Shown here: piece by piece, positions 26,980 to 41,700 of the stretch | Layout: each line of letters begins with the position of its first letter | Position numbering within the stretch: position 1 is the first letter of the stretch | Assembly: GCA_051453625.1 (NCBI GenBank) | Contig: JBOZIK010000001.1 | Coordinates: 27,582,359 to 27,634,905 of the forward strand | Length of the DNA: 52,547 nt | Direction of reading: 5' to 3' | Source of the DNA: Welwitschia mirabilis | Taxonomy: Eukaryota | Program-made: the position numbers and the translations under genes | The notes under the pieces: model-generated | Told to the model about the DNA's origin: nothing | The model's input: only the letters and a program-made list of their open reading frames with translations | The model's database searches: none

Positions 26980-27870
26980 ATATGACAATTTCTTACAAGG
27001 AAAACAAGACTCTATCACCAAGTTTTTTTAATGATCTAAGTAGTTAAGCATAATCCAATTAACATAGGACTCGAAATCCTTGGTAAGATCCAAGGCATAA
27101 TAGTCTAATAATTTTAGAATAAGCAATTTTTTTTTGTGTGGAGAATACTAAGTTTTGCTTGTAGATACTTCCATTTTATACTTTATAGTTCCATCATAAC
27201 ATTTTTTGCTATATAAACATGCACTGTAATGTAAATGTTACTAATGGCTTAAGATACTCCAATCCATGTACACTTCAAATTATTGTTTTTGTGTCCATTT
27301 TCCCACTTTTTTGAGAAACATCCTTAAAATAATATAGTAATCATAGTATGAAATGTTTAATAGCTAATGTATTGAAAAGTTATTCATCCACATTAATCAC
27401 AATGTTTTACATAATGGCCACATTCATATGATGATTGATTGAAATCCCTTACTGAATATGAGCATTTACCATGTAAGCATTATTTACATTAATCCAAAAT
27501 ACTAACTTCTATTAAGATTCATGCCTTTCAAATTCATAGCATTTAATTTTTTAATATGAAATATTAGCCTTTTTATTAGATAAGAGGAATTTTGTATCTC
27601 AATCATGTTGTAAGGACTAATATATTTAGGATCAGAATTGAGAAAAATTACTTATGAGTCTTATAATTAATCTATATTTTCAATGTCATCTCATGGCTAA
27701 AGGGGTTTTCTACATCCAAATCTCTAGTGAGTAGTGGTAGGGGTGAAGTTAAATTTGCATTATGCTCTAAAATAAGGCTTTGCTTCTTTAGCTTCAAAAC
27801 AGATATGCAATAAGCATCTTACTATTTCTTCAAAAAGTTTGATGGCATCAATAGCAATTAAGTAATATGA
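26980..27870 (-). pseudogene. DUF547-domain intron-less fragment, tandem unit 1
   Basis: KLFEEIVRCLL...GLEYLKPLVTFTLQC...ILKLLDYYALDLTKDFESYVNWI. Homologous to units 2 and 3. Confidence 0.85.
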
Positions 27871-28785
27871 TAATCTCTTACAAGATGAATGACAATATAT
27901 CACTAAGTTTGACAATGATTCAAATAGTTGAGCACAAATCTAGTTGATAAAGGACTTTGAATTCTTAATAAAATTCAAGGCATATCAATCTAGTAATTTT
28001 GGAATAAGTAATTTTTTTTTAGAAATAACACCAAGTACTACTTGTAGATTCTCTCATTTTGTAGCTTCTAATTCCATCCCAACTTTGGCTATTATACAAA
28101 CATGCATTGTAATGCAAATGTTAGCAATGACTTAGGACACTGAAAGTCCATACACACTCTAAATTGTTGTTTCTGTGTCCCTTTTATCACTTTTTAAAGA
28201 AGCATCTTTAAGATGATATGACAGTTGTGGTATGAAATGTTCAATATATAATGCATCAAGAAGGTATACATTCACATTAATTATGACCTTTCACATGAAG
28301 GCAATCATCATATGATGATTGGTTGGAATCCCTTACTTAATGAGAGCATTTACCATGTAAGCATTATATACATTGATCCAAAATGTTAACTTTTGTTGAA
28401 GATTCATGCCTCTTAAATTCATAGTATTTAATTTTTTAATAAGAAATCTTCACCTCTTTATTACATAAGAGGAATTTTAAATCTAAGTTATGTTAATGAA
28501 ATTGGCGCTGATATTATGAAGATACTTATAAGGACCAACGTCTTTAGGATCAGAATTGAGATAGATTCCTTATAAATCTTATAAGTCATCTAGATTTTGA
28601 ATATCACCTCCATGGTTTGGAGTTCCTTTTATGCCCAAATATTTAGTGAGTAGTGGTAGGTATGAAGTAAAAGCTACATTGTGTTCTAAAATAAAGCTTT
28701 GCTTCTTTAGGTTCAAAAAAGATATACAATAAGCATTTTACTATTTCTTCAAAAAGTTTACTAGCATCCATAGTAGTTGAGCAAT
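27871..28785 (-). pseudogene. DUF547-domain intron-less fragment, tandem unit 2
   Basis: SKLFEEIVKCLL...DPKDVGPYKYL...[30 protein letters not shown]...IEHFIPQLSYHL...MELEATK...LLIPKLLD*YALNF. Shows DUF547 hallmarks KLAFWINxYN, IEHFILRLPYH and IPKLLDWY. Confidence 0.9.
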
Positions 28786-29166
28786 ATGACAAACTCTTAC
28801 AAGAATAATAATACTCTATCACCAAGTTTTACAATGATCTAAGTAGTTGAGCACAAATTGAGTTAACAATAAACTTTAAGTCCTTATCAAAATCTAAGGC
28901 ATATCAATCTAATAATTTTGGAATAAGTAATTTCCTTTTAGGAATAATACCAAATGCTACATATGTATACTTCCATTTTATAGTTTCTTCTTTCGTCATG
29001 ACACTAGTTGTTATACACACATGCACTATAATGCAAATTTTACTAATGGCTCAAGATACTCTAGTTCATACACACTTCAAATTGTTGATTTTCTATCCCT
29101 TTTACCACTTTATAGAGAAGTATCTTTAAAATGATAAGGTAGTCATAGTATGAAATGTTAAATAGG
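28786..29166 (-). pseudogene. DUF547 unit 3, 3' half (separated from its 5' half by a CACTA insertion)
   Basis: I*HFIL*LPYHFKD...LEYLEPLVKFAL*C. Joins seamlessly to 43859 when 29167-43858 and one TSD copy are removed. Confidence 0.87.
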
Positions 29167-29174
29167 TACCACAA

Positions 29175-29585
29175 GAAATTTAGGCTTTTAAAGCATTTCT
29201 AAAATGCCTTTAAAATGCCTTAAATGCTTTTAAGGTGTTTCTTCATAAAACGCTTTAAAAACCATAACCTTTAAGACATTTGCCTTAAAAGATCTTTTAA
29301 GGCATTTTTAGAAGAAATGACTCAGAAGGCTTTTGAGACATTTTATTAACTCAACGCCTTAAATGGCTTTTAAGGCACTTTCTCATATAAATGCCTCAAA
29401 ATCTTTTTAAGGCGTTTACTAAAAAAAGCCTTAAAATCCTTTTAAGGCATTTTTTTATAAACGCCTTAGAATAGTTTTGAAGTGTTTTCTAATATGAACG
29501 CCATAAAAGGCATTTAAGGCATTTCTTTTCATGAACACCTCAAAATGTTTTTAAGGTTCTATAGCAAATAAACACCTTAAAATAT
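29175..29585. repeat. CACTA subterminal repeat array (GCCTTAAAA / TTTTAAGGC)
   Basis: Many direct and inverted copies of AAATGCCTTAAAA-like units. The same motif occurs at ~43710-43840 and ~25115-25185. Confidence 0.88.
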
Positions 29586-30147
29586 GTAAGTTTGGAAAAA
29601 AAATTTACCACAAAAAGGAATTAGTGGGTTAGTATTACTATTGGCTCTACTCTAGTAATTATGTTATTATTATTGATTCTACTCTAGTTTTATTTCAAGG
29701 GACTTACTCCTAATATAAACACATACTTTAAAATGAAAAGGATATAAGGATGGAAACTTAGCTTAGTCTACATAAGTTCATAGTCATGATTATATTTGTA
29801 TTTTAAATTACTTTTATTTTTAGTGTAAACTTTACAACACCATTCTAACATTTTAGAAGAATTTAAATTCAAATAAACAAATATAATTATTATGTTAAAA
29901 TTAACTAAAATAAGTAAAGGGCTCAAATCCAATTCTAAATAATATAGTTAATTGTTCTAACTCTTAGTTTGTCATTGGCCCTATTACCCAATGAATTATA
30001 AAGTACCATGTATATTATCTAATGGCATATGACATTTTGTCTTTGTAGTTAAAATCATAAAGTATTTATTTATTAATGCTAATAAGCAAGATGGTAAGGA
30101 AGCAAGTGGTCCTTTAAAGGTTCCTTGTTTTAACCCTGTACTTGACA

Positions 30148-33100
30148 TGCATACATACATCAAATCAAAATTGCAACACCTATACCTTCTCATCCTTCAT
30201 CAGTGTCCACCATTTCTATGCTTATCAACAATCACACAACCTACCCCAAGGAAAGGAGAGAAGGTTGTTCTTAGCAGGCTAAATTCTCTCTTTGAGGAAT
30301 CTGGACTTATAACCATAACCTATAAGACTATTGAGGTTTTCATATTAAGAGCTACTATGGCTCTAAATCCAAAAATGACACTAGTGCAATAGCGAAGAAT
30401 GGAAACACTAACTATGTAGAGAAGAGATAGGAGTCATTTTTTCATCATAGGTATTAAGAAAATGTCAGTTAAAATCAATAACTAAAAATGTCAGCTAAAA
30501 ATTTTATGGTTCTAAACCAAAAAATTGCTGACTTTTTCAAAATGTCAGCTGGAAATGTTAGTTGACTTAAAGATACTTTTAGATTCAAAAAAAGGGTACA
30601 TGTTGCCCATTTTAAATCTATGGTTAATAAACACTTTAATATGTTATTTAAAAACATTAAATTAAGAAAAACCAAAATTAAATAATCATAACAAAGTTTG
30701 TTTGAGAAAGAAAGGAGATTTTCATGTAGTGTTGTTGTGTTAGGATCAACATATTAAATAATAAAAGAAAAGAATAACATTTGGTTACATTTCAATGATA
30801 ATTGAAGAGGATAACAAATTTCTTTTAAACACTACTATTCCTAGTTTCTTTTACATGCAACAAACCAATAGGTGATAAAGTCCTTTAGCTTTAATTTTAT
30901 TTAGTTATAATATAAATGCTTTGGCATTTTGTGACAACCAATATATAAGATATGGGTAAATAAGGGAAGTTGGTTTGTAAGATTTATTATTAAAGGTCAT
31001 GGATCATAGTCCCATGAACATATAGTAAAGAAGGAGATGTATTATATATTCCCTATTTTTAATTTATTTTGTATTGTAAAACAAGTATTTTTATAATTCA
31101 TGCCATTTAACATAGAAAAAAAGAAGTGGCATGGAAATTCATCAAAAATATTTGGTTATATTGCAAACAATCAAGAGATGAAAGATATCCCCTATTCTAC
31201 TTTAGTATTGGGTTATAAAACAAGTATTATTATGGCTTGTGATGGTTTATAATGAAAGATATCCCCTGTTCCACTTTTATACCGTGTTAGAAAATAGATA
31301 AGGAACACTAGTTTTGGGTGATAAATGAGTGTGTCTTAAGTAATAGTAGTAAGAGATACGATAAATAGTTCCTTTATTGGGGTGAAGTGAATAAAAAATC
31401 AGTTACTATTGGGGGTGAAATTCATAGCCAATAGGAAGCTACTTTGGGTGACAGCATGGAAATCATTTTCTGATTAAAATGCATTGTGAAATTAGAAAAG
31501 TAATATTAGTATTTTGTACCATAAATGTGGGATGAAATATTGCAACCATTAATTGAATAGAAAATTGGAAACATGAGACTAAGTAAATTTGATAAATGAT
31601 TGTCTTAAAATGCTAGGGGGTTCATAAGCTTGGGTTCAAAGGTTTAGTGTTGAGAGTCTTTTTCTTTAATATGAAGGATTTGATGGCCGTGGTAGACAAA
31701 TTCAATGGACTTAAATTATGAGCTTTGGGAATTAGAGCTAGTGGACATACTCTTTAAGCAGACATGCAGTTGCTTATTTAAGGGTTGACTAAATTTGTTA
31801 CAAAGGTATAGGATGAAACTTTTGCATATTGCTTCTAGGAAAGGATGGATAGAATCCATCAAATCAAGACTATGACAAATAAAGTGTTCTTGCATTGTAA
31901 GTTGCATACTTTTAAACTAGAGCCAAATGATAATTATTAACAATGATTCAATACTATTCATTCTTTAAATGGTAGTTGTAAGAGTAAAGATGTCTATTAA
32001 GGATCAAATGTTGACTCTCCAATGTTCATTTCTCAAGTGTTCAGATAAGTTGGTAAGATCACCAAGCAATACATGTTTTTGTGATGAAAGTAAGCAATAG
32101 AAAAAGAATGTTCAAGATGCTTGACATTGTAAGAAATTAAGGCATATTGGGAGGGATTATCCTACACCAAAATATGAGGATTTATTTAGTGAGGTTGATT
32201 CTTAGAAGATGCTAGCCTTATGGAGGAGGATATCACTTATGATAGCATTAGGAGTTATGTCATTTATTCTTCTGAACAATGATAGTTATAGTTATGGGAG
32301 GTTTTATGTTGTGTATCATTTCAAGTTTTGCTAGTTGCGAAATTCCTAGAGAGATGTTCTTATGCAAAGATATTTCTTAGAAATGATACCCATCCCTTAA
32401 AACCTCTGATATAGTCTAGTTCATATAATAAGCTATGGACAAAAAATTTTATAGAAGTTGGAATTTCCAACTTTTGCTTCATTAATTTGTTCATGTTGGA
32501 AAGCAACATAGAGTTGTCTTCAAGGGGCAGTCATCAGAGAGTTTTAAAGTCAAATGTTTTTGTTATTGTACTTCTAGTTGAAACACCCTCTTCTTGCATT
32601 AAGCATGACAATTAAAACTTAAACTAATATTCTTTTTATGAGTTAAAATAAAGGAAATAAATATTAAATTTTGATTAAATTTATATTTGACAATATGTGA
32701 TGGAATTAGATTTAAATCTCATGTGAATTTAAACAAATTGTAAGTTAGCAAAATTATTTTGGAAATGGAAGGATTGCAAATTGAAAGTGAATTAACATTG
32801 AGAATAGTTCAATCTAGATTGAAGAAGAATTTATTTGATTTTGATCAGATCTAAATTTCTATATAAATTGGAAATTAAGGTAATAAAATCACTACAAGAT
32901 TAATTTATTATTAAAAATTGATGAAGAATCCGGTTAAAAGCTATTGAATTGAGTTAGAAAAATCCTCTTGAAAATGTATTTAACTTGATTTCATTTGATT
33001 AAGATAGATATAAAATATGAATTTATGATTAAAAAATTTTGAATTATAACAAGCAAAATTATGACAATCATATTGGTGGAAATTTGATTGAAATGAAAAC

Positions 33101-36100
33101 CAGTTTAGTTTTTTGTCCTTTAGGATGTTAATTAGTTCTAGAGTTACACTAATTAGACCTAGAGTTTATGACATCCTTACTATGAAATTTACATTAAAGG
33201 AAATACATCAAAATGTTTAAGGGATGTTCAAAAATTGTTAAAGTATAAAGCAAGCTGGTTAGAAATCATTTTTTTAATGTTTGAATTTTGGGTGAGTACT
33301 ATTCATAAAAGGGTGGAAAGGCATGCATGCTAGGATCATCACAAAAAATTCTATTCATTATTGTTCTTCAAATTGAGCATTACAACTATATTAAATTATG
33401 AGAAACCTATAGAATCCATGAATCTTAGGCCCTACAACAAAAAGAGTAAGGAATAAGGGATAGATTTGGCTTAACCAAAGAATGAAGGCATGACTTCTTC
33501 TTCACTTTAAGAGTAGTGAAACCTCAAACTTCCTGCATAATCTGGCTACTATCACATGTGACTTGATTTATCTTACCCTACAAGAAAACATTTAATAGTG
33601 ATAGAAAAATAAAACAAGAAGGACAAATTCAAAAAACATAAAGAAAATAAAAGAAGGAAAAAAATATTTTTATGAATAAACCTTCATCAAGGACAAACTT
33701 TATATTTGTATGTCATGTGTGGAAATGATGACCTTAAAACTTGGAAATTAAAATATTCTCTATCTTATGCATTACAACCAAAATGGGAAAAAAGTTGAAA
33801 CTCAAACTTTCAAATCTTTCATCAACTCTGCTTTTAAAACTTGAGTGCTTCTAGACTTTAGCAATAGTGTCTTACAAACTTTCAAACAAAATACTCAAAT
33901 ACTCTAGTCTTAATCTGTGCTCCTTTATCTTATTGAAGTTTATCTTTAGGAGAGTCACTGCTCATCATCAATGCGTGAAGATGCATATTAGTTGAAGAAA
34001 CAACATAATAAGGCTACTGGACTACCACTGGACATACCTCATATCTTTTGATATATTCTAAGATTCTTGACTTTAGTGGTTGGCAGAGATATTTTCATGG
34101 AAATTTTTAAATAAGGAGTTAGAGGGAGGATGTGAATGCCAAAAAGGAAAGATACCTATTTGTCATTTATGTACACCTACTTTTTAAATTTAGCAATGCA
34201 GGCTGTGTACGTACCTTTATTATTGCATATCTTACATGAATTCCATTATGTTCTTTCTTTCTTGTTCCTTGATCATGGGTTTTCTAGTGTATTCTATAAA
34301 TTCTTCTCTACCAGAAGCACATTGATATAAGTCTTTTGATATCTAATTTTTTTAATTTAAAATTAATTCTATAAGATAAATTTTATTCTTGGAACATGAA
34401 TTGTTAGCTCTTCCATGCCTCCACTGAAGTGTCCTATTTTGATTAGTAATGTTGGAACTCCATTATGTATTATAGCATATTTTCCTCCCATTAGGAAAGA
34501 GTTTGTATTGCCTCAATTAGTCATACTCTATGAGAAAGAAGAAGAAACTTCTCAAAGTTTTTCTTCATGAGGAGTCCATATGGGTGGCTACCGGTTGGAT
34601 CAATCATTTGTTATAAAATGAAAATAAATAGTGTTGAATCAAGAAACGTATATCCAATAGATCAAGAGAAAAGACACAATGATATTAATTGGAAAAACTT
34701 TTTAATGTAGAGGTAACATCCATGGGAAAAGAGGTTAGAGCACTATAACTTTGCAATAGAAAAATGAAAATAGACATAAGAAGCAAAGATTTCCAACTCT
34801 TNNNNNNNNNNNNNNNNNNNNNNNNNNNNNNNNNNNNNNNNNNNNNNNNNNNNNNNNNNNNNNNNNNNNNNNNNNNNNNNNNNNNNNNNNNNNNNNNNNN
34901 NTGCATACATACATGAAACCAAAACTGCAACACCTACATCTTCTTATCCTTCATTAGTATTCATCATTTCTGTGCTTATCAATAATCACACAACCTAGCC
35001 CAAGGAAAAGAAAGAAGATTGTTCTTAGTAGGCTCGATTCTCTCTTCGAGGATTCCAGCCTTACTACCATAACCTGTAAGACTGTTAAGGTTTTCATGTT
35101 AACAGTTATCATGGTTCTGAATCCAAAAATGGCTCTAGTATAGTAGAGAAGAATGGAAACACTGACTGTGTAGAGAAGAAGGAGGAGTCATTTTATGACC
35201 ATAGGTATTATGAAAATGTTAGCTAAAAATGTTAGTTGAAAATATGCTTCTAAACCAAAAAGTTGCTAACTTTTTCAAAATATCAGCTAAAAATGTCAGT
35301 TAACTTAAAGATACTTTTAGACTGAAAAAAGGTACATGTTTTCCTTTTTTGATGACATGTTACCCATTTTAAATCTATGGCTAATAAACACTTTAAGATG
35401 TTATTACATAACATTGAATTAAGAAAAACAAAATTAAGTAATCATAATAAAGTTTTTTTAAGGGAGAAAGGAGGTTATCATGTAGTGTTGTTATGTTCGG
35501 ATCAACATATTAAATAATAAAAGAAAAGAATATCATTTGGTTATATTCCAGTGATAATTGAAGATGATAACAACTTTCTTTTGAATACTACCAATGCTAG
35601 TTTCTTTCACATATAACAAACCAATAGATGATAAAGTCCTTTAGCTTTAATTATATGTAGTTATGATATAAATGCTTTGGGGTTTTGCAACAACTAATAT
35701 ATAAGATATGGGCAAATAAGGGAAGTTAGTTTGTAAGATTTATTATTGAAGATCATGGATCATAGTCCCATGAACATATAGTAAACAAGGAGATGTATTA
35801 GATATTCCTTGTTTTTAATTTATCTTATATTACAAAACAAGTATTTTTGTGATTCATGTCATTTAACATAGAAGAAAAGGAGAGGCATAGAAATCCATCA
35901 AAAATATTTGGTTATATTCATGCTAGTGGGAATGAAAGATGATAATGTTTTATTATTGAAGATCACAATTTACGGTTCCTTTAGTATACTACAAACAATC
36001 AGGCGATGAAATATATCCCCTATTCTACTTCTATATTATGTTAGAAAATAGGTATTCTTATGGCTTGTGATGGTCTATAATGAAGAAAATGATGGCTAAG

Positions 36101-36773
36101 GAATACTATTTTTGAGTGAGAAATGACTATGTCTTAAGTAATAGTAGCAAGAAAGATGACAAATAGTTCCTGTGTTAGGATGAAGTGGAAAAACAATCAG
36201 TTATTGTTGGGGGTAAAATGCATAGCTAACAAGAAGCTATTTTGGATGATAGCATGGCAATTATTTTTTGATTGAAATGTATTGTGAAATTAGAAAAGCA
36301 ATATTAGTATCCTATACCATGAATGTGGGATGAAATCTTGCAACCATTAATTGTAAAGAAAATTGGAAAAATGAGAATAAGAAAATTTGATAAATGATTG
36401 TCTCAAAATGCTAGTGGGTTCATGAGCTTGGGTTCAAAGGTTTGGTGATGAGAGCATCTTTCTTTGATGTGGAGGATTTGATGGCCATAGTAAACAAATT
36501 CAATGGACTTAAATTATGAGCTTTGGAAATTAGAGGTAGTGGACCCAGTCTTTAAGCAGACATGCATTTACTTATTTAAGGGTTAACTAAATTTGTTGCA
36601 AAGGTATAGGATGAAACTTTTGCATAGTGCTTCTAGAAAAGGATGGATAGAATCCATTAGGTCAAGACTATGATAAATTGTTCTTGCATTGTAAGTTGCA
36701 TACTATTAAACTAGAGTGAAATGAATCTATGTTTGATTACTGACAATGATTCAATATTGTTCATTCTTTAAAT
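30148..36773 (+). repeat. Direct duplication: 30148-31970 repeated at 34902-36773
   Basis: Collinear and visibly diverged, with many substitutions and small indels. The second copy begins right after a 100-N gap. Confidence 0.9.
31650..33320 (+). pseudogene. Highly degraded copia gag-pol remnant
   Basis: VDKFNGL/NYELW (gag N-terminus), C*HCKKLRHIGRDYP (zinc knuckle, ~32118-32162) and GKQHRV (pre-integrase, ~32500). Confidence 0.55.
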
Positions 36774-37776
36774 ATCAATTCAGTTATAATTCTTTTAGTA
36801 CTAATGTTCTGCATTCATCCAAACCTTAAGGAGAAAGTAGCCTTCAAAAAAGGCATATATAATTTGCTAGAAAAATAACTCTAAATGAAAAATGTTTGAA
36901 ATGTATTGAGTATAGGTCATATCACACTTCAGATGTGATTTAATAATTCACAAGAAAAAGTAGCATGAAAATACTTATTACATTATTTAATTTGAATATC
37001 CTTTTACATGGAACGATAATTTAGGGGAGGTATATTCCACTAATTGTTATGAATGCACCTGACTTGTATGTGAAGCTCTTTTCTTAATTTTTTAACCACA
37101 CAGGAGAAAGTAACATGTGTTAAATAGAAGAGAGGCCTCACCTGGTTACAACCAATTTTGATATGATATTATCTCTAATGTTTGATATGATCTCTTGGTC
37201 AACTCAATGTGATCTCCTAAGTTGTAGGAGAATATTGTAGCCTCAGGTATTACCAAGCCTAGAGTGTTATATTATTTCATGATGATACATTATTGTTCTT
37301 CAAATTGAGCATTACAAGTGTATTAGAGTATGAGAAACCTACGAAAGCCATGCATCTTAGATGCTACAACAAAAAGAGTAAGGAAGAAGGGATAGATTTG
37401 GTCTAACTAAAGAATGAAGGCATGACTTCTTCTTTACTTTAAAAGTAGTGAAACCTCAAACTTCATGCATAATCTGGCTATTACCACATGAAAGTTATTT
37501 TACCTTACCCTATAAGGAAACATTTAACACTAATAGAAAAAGAAATAAGAGGTAAAAAAATCAAAAAACACAAATAAAAAAAGAAGGAAAAAAATTTTTT
37601 TTTTACTAATAAACCTTCATTAAGGAAAAACTTTATATTTGTATGCCATGTGTGTAAATGATGACCTTAAAACTTAAGAATTTAAAGATTCCCTATCTTA
37701 TGCATTACAACCATAGTAGGGAAAAAGTTGCAACTCAAAGTTTCAAATCTTTCATCAAATCTACTTTTACAAGTTG
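33356..37776 (+). repeat. Direct duplication: 33356-33843 repeated at 37288-37776
   Basis: Both copies start CATTATTGTTCTTCAAATTGAGCATTACAA and stay collinear for ~490 bp. Confidence 0.9.
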
Positions 37777-38128
37777 TAACCATTTTGAAAGGAATTTTAT
37801 ACCATTTGTTGTCTAAAATCTAAATAGTAATTAATGAAAGCAAAAAATTAACTAAACTATAGATCAAGAACTAGCATAAAGTAAGCCACATAAATCATTT
37901 ACTAGCCAGCTATTCTCTTCCAATAAAATAAAACATTAGCTAGCTATATATCATTAAGCATTATCTAGATCATACATAAGTTCTCAAAAATCTTTTTCCA
38001 CATGTTAACCCAAATAAACATTATAACCCTTTACAAAAAAGAGAGGAAAAACGTAAAAGCTAATTGCAAGTTCACATTCTCAATAAATGCTAATTATATA
38101 CTTATGATTTAAAAGTCATATATTAAGG

Positions 38129-38131
<3 letters not shown>

Positions 38132-38171
<40 letters not shown>
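38132..38171. repeat. (CA)n microsatellite
   Basis: Direct reading. Confidence 0.97.
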
Positions 38172-38175
<4 letters not shown>

Positions 38176-38799
38176 AATAGAGAAGAGACTTACACACAAT
38201 GGGTCAAAAGGAATAGGGAACAAAATACTTACTACTTAAAACCCTAAGATAAAGTCTAAAATATGATGGCCAAAATCAAGAATCTTGAATTCTCAGTTCT
38301 TTAAATGTTTCTCAGTAATTTCTATATAAATGTCTTTTAAATATACATAAAATAATAAAGTCCCCATAAATAAAATATTAAAATCATTCAAAGAAATAAA
38401 GCCTCATCCCTTAAGTACAAAATTAAGATTTTGATACCTTCTGCTAGATTCAAGTTTGGGAGTAAGACATTCATGCTAAAAATGTTCATGAAGTATTATT
38501 AGGCAGCACAATTTCTCTTATATTTCTTAACTTCCTTTGATAGACATGAATTCTCTACCTTAATGGAAGCCATTTTGGTAGAATTATGACTGATAAATTC
38601 TGATTTTGATTCCAATTTTACCTCAAGACACATCAACCCATCAATTATTTTCTTTTTGTCTTCAACCTAATTTAGTAAAATTGTGTTCTCTTTTTGAAGA
38701 GAAATATTACATTTAGCAATTTTATCCAATTCTGTAAACTTTGAATTATTATTAAAAGCATCACAAATAGCTTCATACTTTGCACATTCCTCTACTAAA

Positions 38800-41700
38800 A
38801 ACAAATTCTTATTAAGAGAATCTTTCAATAATGACTTTATCTAAGCTAAATCCATTTTTAAACTCTTACCTTTAAGAAGTAAATGTTAGTTTTCTTAGCA
38901 AACAAAGGAATGAGGAAATGTAAAAAGGATGCAAAAATTAAATGATGTAATATATTTTCTTCTGGACTAGAAACAAAGTAAGTGTTATAAACCAAACTGT
39001 AATAGACGTGATAAAGTAGTGATAATAAAAACAACCTTAAAAATAAAAACTTGTGTTTGAATCAGACCCAAGTCAAACTATTAAAAAGTAGAGGAAACAA
39101 TTGAGCTAAAGTAAAGTGGTACACAAGCAGTAACTAGTGAATATTAAGGAGAGATTTAAAAAGCACTAGTAAAGTCTAAATTTTCTATTCTTATAAACTA
39201 GGTATTACTAATAAATATTTTGATATAATACATATCCTAACTTCACACTAAATCATCATACTAGTCATAAGACAAAGCTAGGTTATGAAGTATTATGTTA
39301 ATGACTCTATAAGTGCTTATCTAAGAACTGAGATTTTAAAAAGTTTATTACCATGCATGGAAAATCTAAGGCCCTCATCACATCTTTTAACAAAAGATGC
39401 CTACAAAAAAGAAGCTTGTATTTAAACTAGTTATAACCATTACCAATTATAGGATCATCTAAATGCTTGTAAATTTTATTTTGCTAGAAATGAAAAGTTA
39501 ACAAGTATTTGACTAATAAATAATTAATATTTAATAAAAAAATGAAAGGAATGTCATCAGATGCTTTAAGCATTATCATATCTAAATAAAACTAGATAAT
39601 AAAACTCAAAAGGCAATTTCAAAAATGAAGAAGCTCAATCAACTAATAGGGACCATTCAAAATATCAATGAATTCATTAGCAAGAATCATCCTAAATATT
39701 TTATATCAAAACATCTTTAACTAAAAGTACCAATTCAAATTTCCCAAAAGAGAAATCATTTTCAGAAGTAATCAAATTATACTAATTAATATAAAAGCAT
39801 TATTCTATTTTTGAACTTATCCAACTTAAATCATAAAGAATATTTTTGACATTTATAAGAAACAATGCTATTAGTGAAGTAGCACTAAAACAAAAAGAAT
39901 AACTTTGGCACAAAAATATTCTAGAGGTAATTGGGTAGGAGAATCTTTATCGAGAAATGTGATGTATCTTGTCTACCATTCTACTTTTCTTGAACCCCCG
40001 TTTTCCTTTAATAAATAAGTGAATGAATGGATGATATTCCTATAACAAATCCACTACACTGACCCCTTAACATCTTCATGCTATCATCATAGGATACCTG
40101 ACTTAAATACCATGCATCATCCTATTCCTAGCACTCATGTTTTAGTCAATAATTTCAAACCAACAGATTCTGTTAACATGTGGTAACTAAATTCTATCCT
40201 TTTCTCAACTCCATTTTTAACATGTTTATTCTAGCACTTTGATGAGATTTTATCAAATATGCATCAGTGATATTTTTGTCTAGTTCCCTTGAATTATGTT
40301 GCATTGGTATACATCCAATGAATATGCATTTTATTCCAATGTTAAGAAGTATGGTATGTTCCCCTTCTAAATCATATCCATTTGCTTTGCTTTCATTTGC
40401 TAATTCNNNNNNNNNNNNNNNNNNNNNNNNNNNNNNNNNNNNNNNNNNNNNNNNNNNNNNNNNNNNNNNNNNNNNNNNNNNNNNNNNNNNNNNNNNNNNN
40501 NNNNNNCTAAAATCAAATTCTTATTAAGAGAATCTTTCAATAATGACTTTATCTCAGCTAAATCCATTTTTAAACTCTTACCTTTAAGAAGTAAACGTTA
40601 GTTTTCTTGGTAAACAAAGCAATGGGGAAATGTAAAAAGGGTGCAAAAATTAAAGGATGTTATACATTTTCTTCTAGACTAAAAAAAAGGTAAGTATTGT
40701 AAAAAAAAATCCAATAGATGTGATAAATTAGTGATAATAAAAACAACCTTAAAAATAAAAAGTTATGTTTGAATCATACTTAAGTAGAACTATTAAAAAG
40801 TAGAGGAAAGAATCAAGCTAAAATAAAGTAATACACAAGCACTGACTAGTGAATACCAAGGAGAGATTTAAAAAGAACCAGTAAAGTGTAACTTTTCTAT
40901 TCTTATAAATTAGATATCTTGATATAATACATACCCTAACTTTACATTAATCATCATAGTGATCATAAGACAATGCCAAGTAGTAAAGTATTATGTTAAT
41001 GACTCTATAATTGCTTATCTAAAAACCAAGATTTTAAAAAGTTTATTGCCATGCATGGGAAAACTTAAGGCCCTCAATGCATCTTTTAACAAAATATGCC
41101 AACAAAAAACAAGCTTGTATTTAAACTATTTATGACCATTACCAATTGTAGGATCATCTGAATGCTTGTAAATTTCATTTTTCTGGAAATCAAAAGATAA
41201 TAAGTATTTGACTAATAAATAATTAATATGTAATAACCAATTGGAAGGAATATCATCAGATGCTTCAATCATTACCATATCTAAATAGAACAAGACAATA
41301 AAACTCAAAAGACAATTCCAAAATGAAGAAGCTCAACCAACTAATAGGGGTCATTAAAAATATTAATGCATTCATTTGCAAGTGTCATCCTAGATTTATT
41401 ATATCACAACATCTTTGACTAAAAATGCCAACCCAAATTTCCCAAAAGAGAAATCATTTTCAGAAGTAATCACAATTATACTGATAAATATAAATGCATT
41501 GTTAGGTTTCTAAAATTGTCTAGCTAAAGTCATAAAGAATATTTTTAATATTTATAAGAAAGAATGCTATTAGAGAAGTAGCACTAAAACAAAAAGAATA
41601 ACTTTTAGACAAAAATATTCTAGAGGTAGCTCAGTGGGAGAATTTCTATTGAGAAATGTGGCATATCTCATTTAGCATATTACTTTTCTTGAACCCCTCT

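Noticed and set aside
29175-29585. Regularly spaced short repeats resembling a CRISPR array
   Set aside because: Repeats occur in both orientations with irregular short spacing next to a CACTA TIR in a plant genome; they are subterminal repeats.
30460-30570. GTCAGC/GCTGAC short inverted repeats (possible MITE)
   Set aside because: No defined TIR pair or TSD found.
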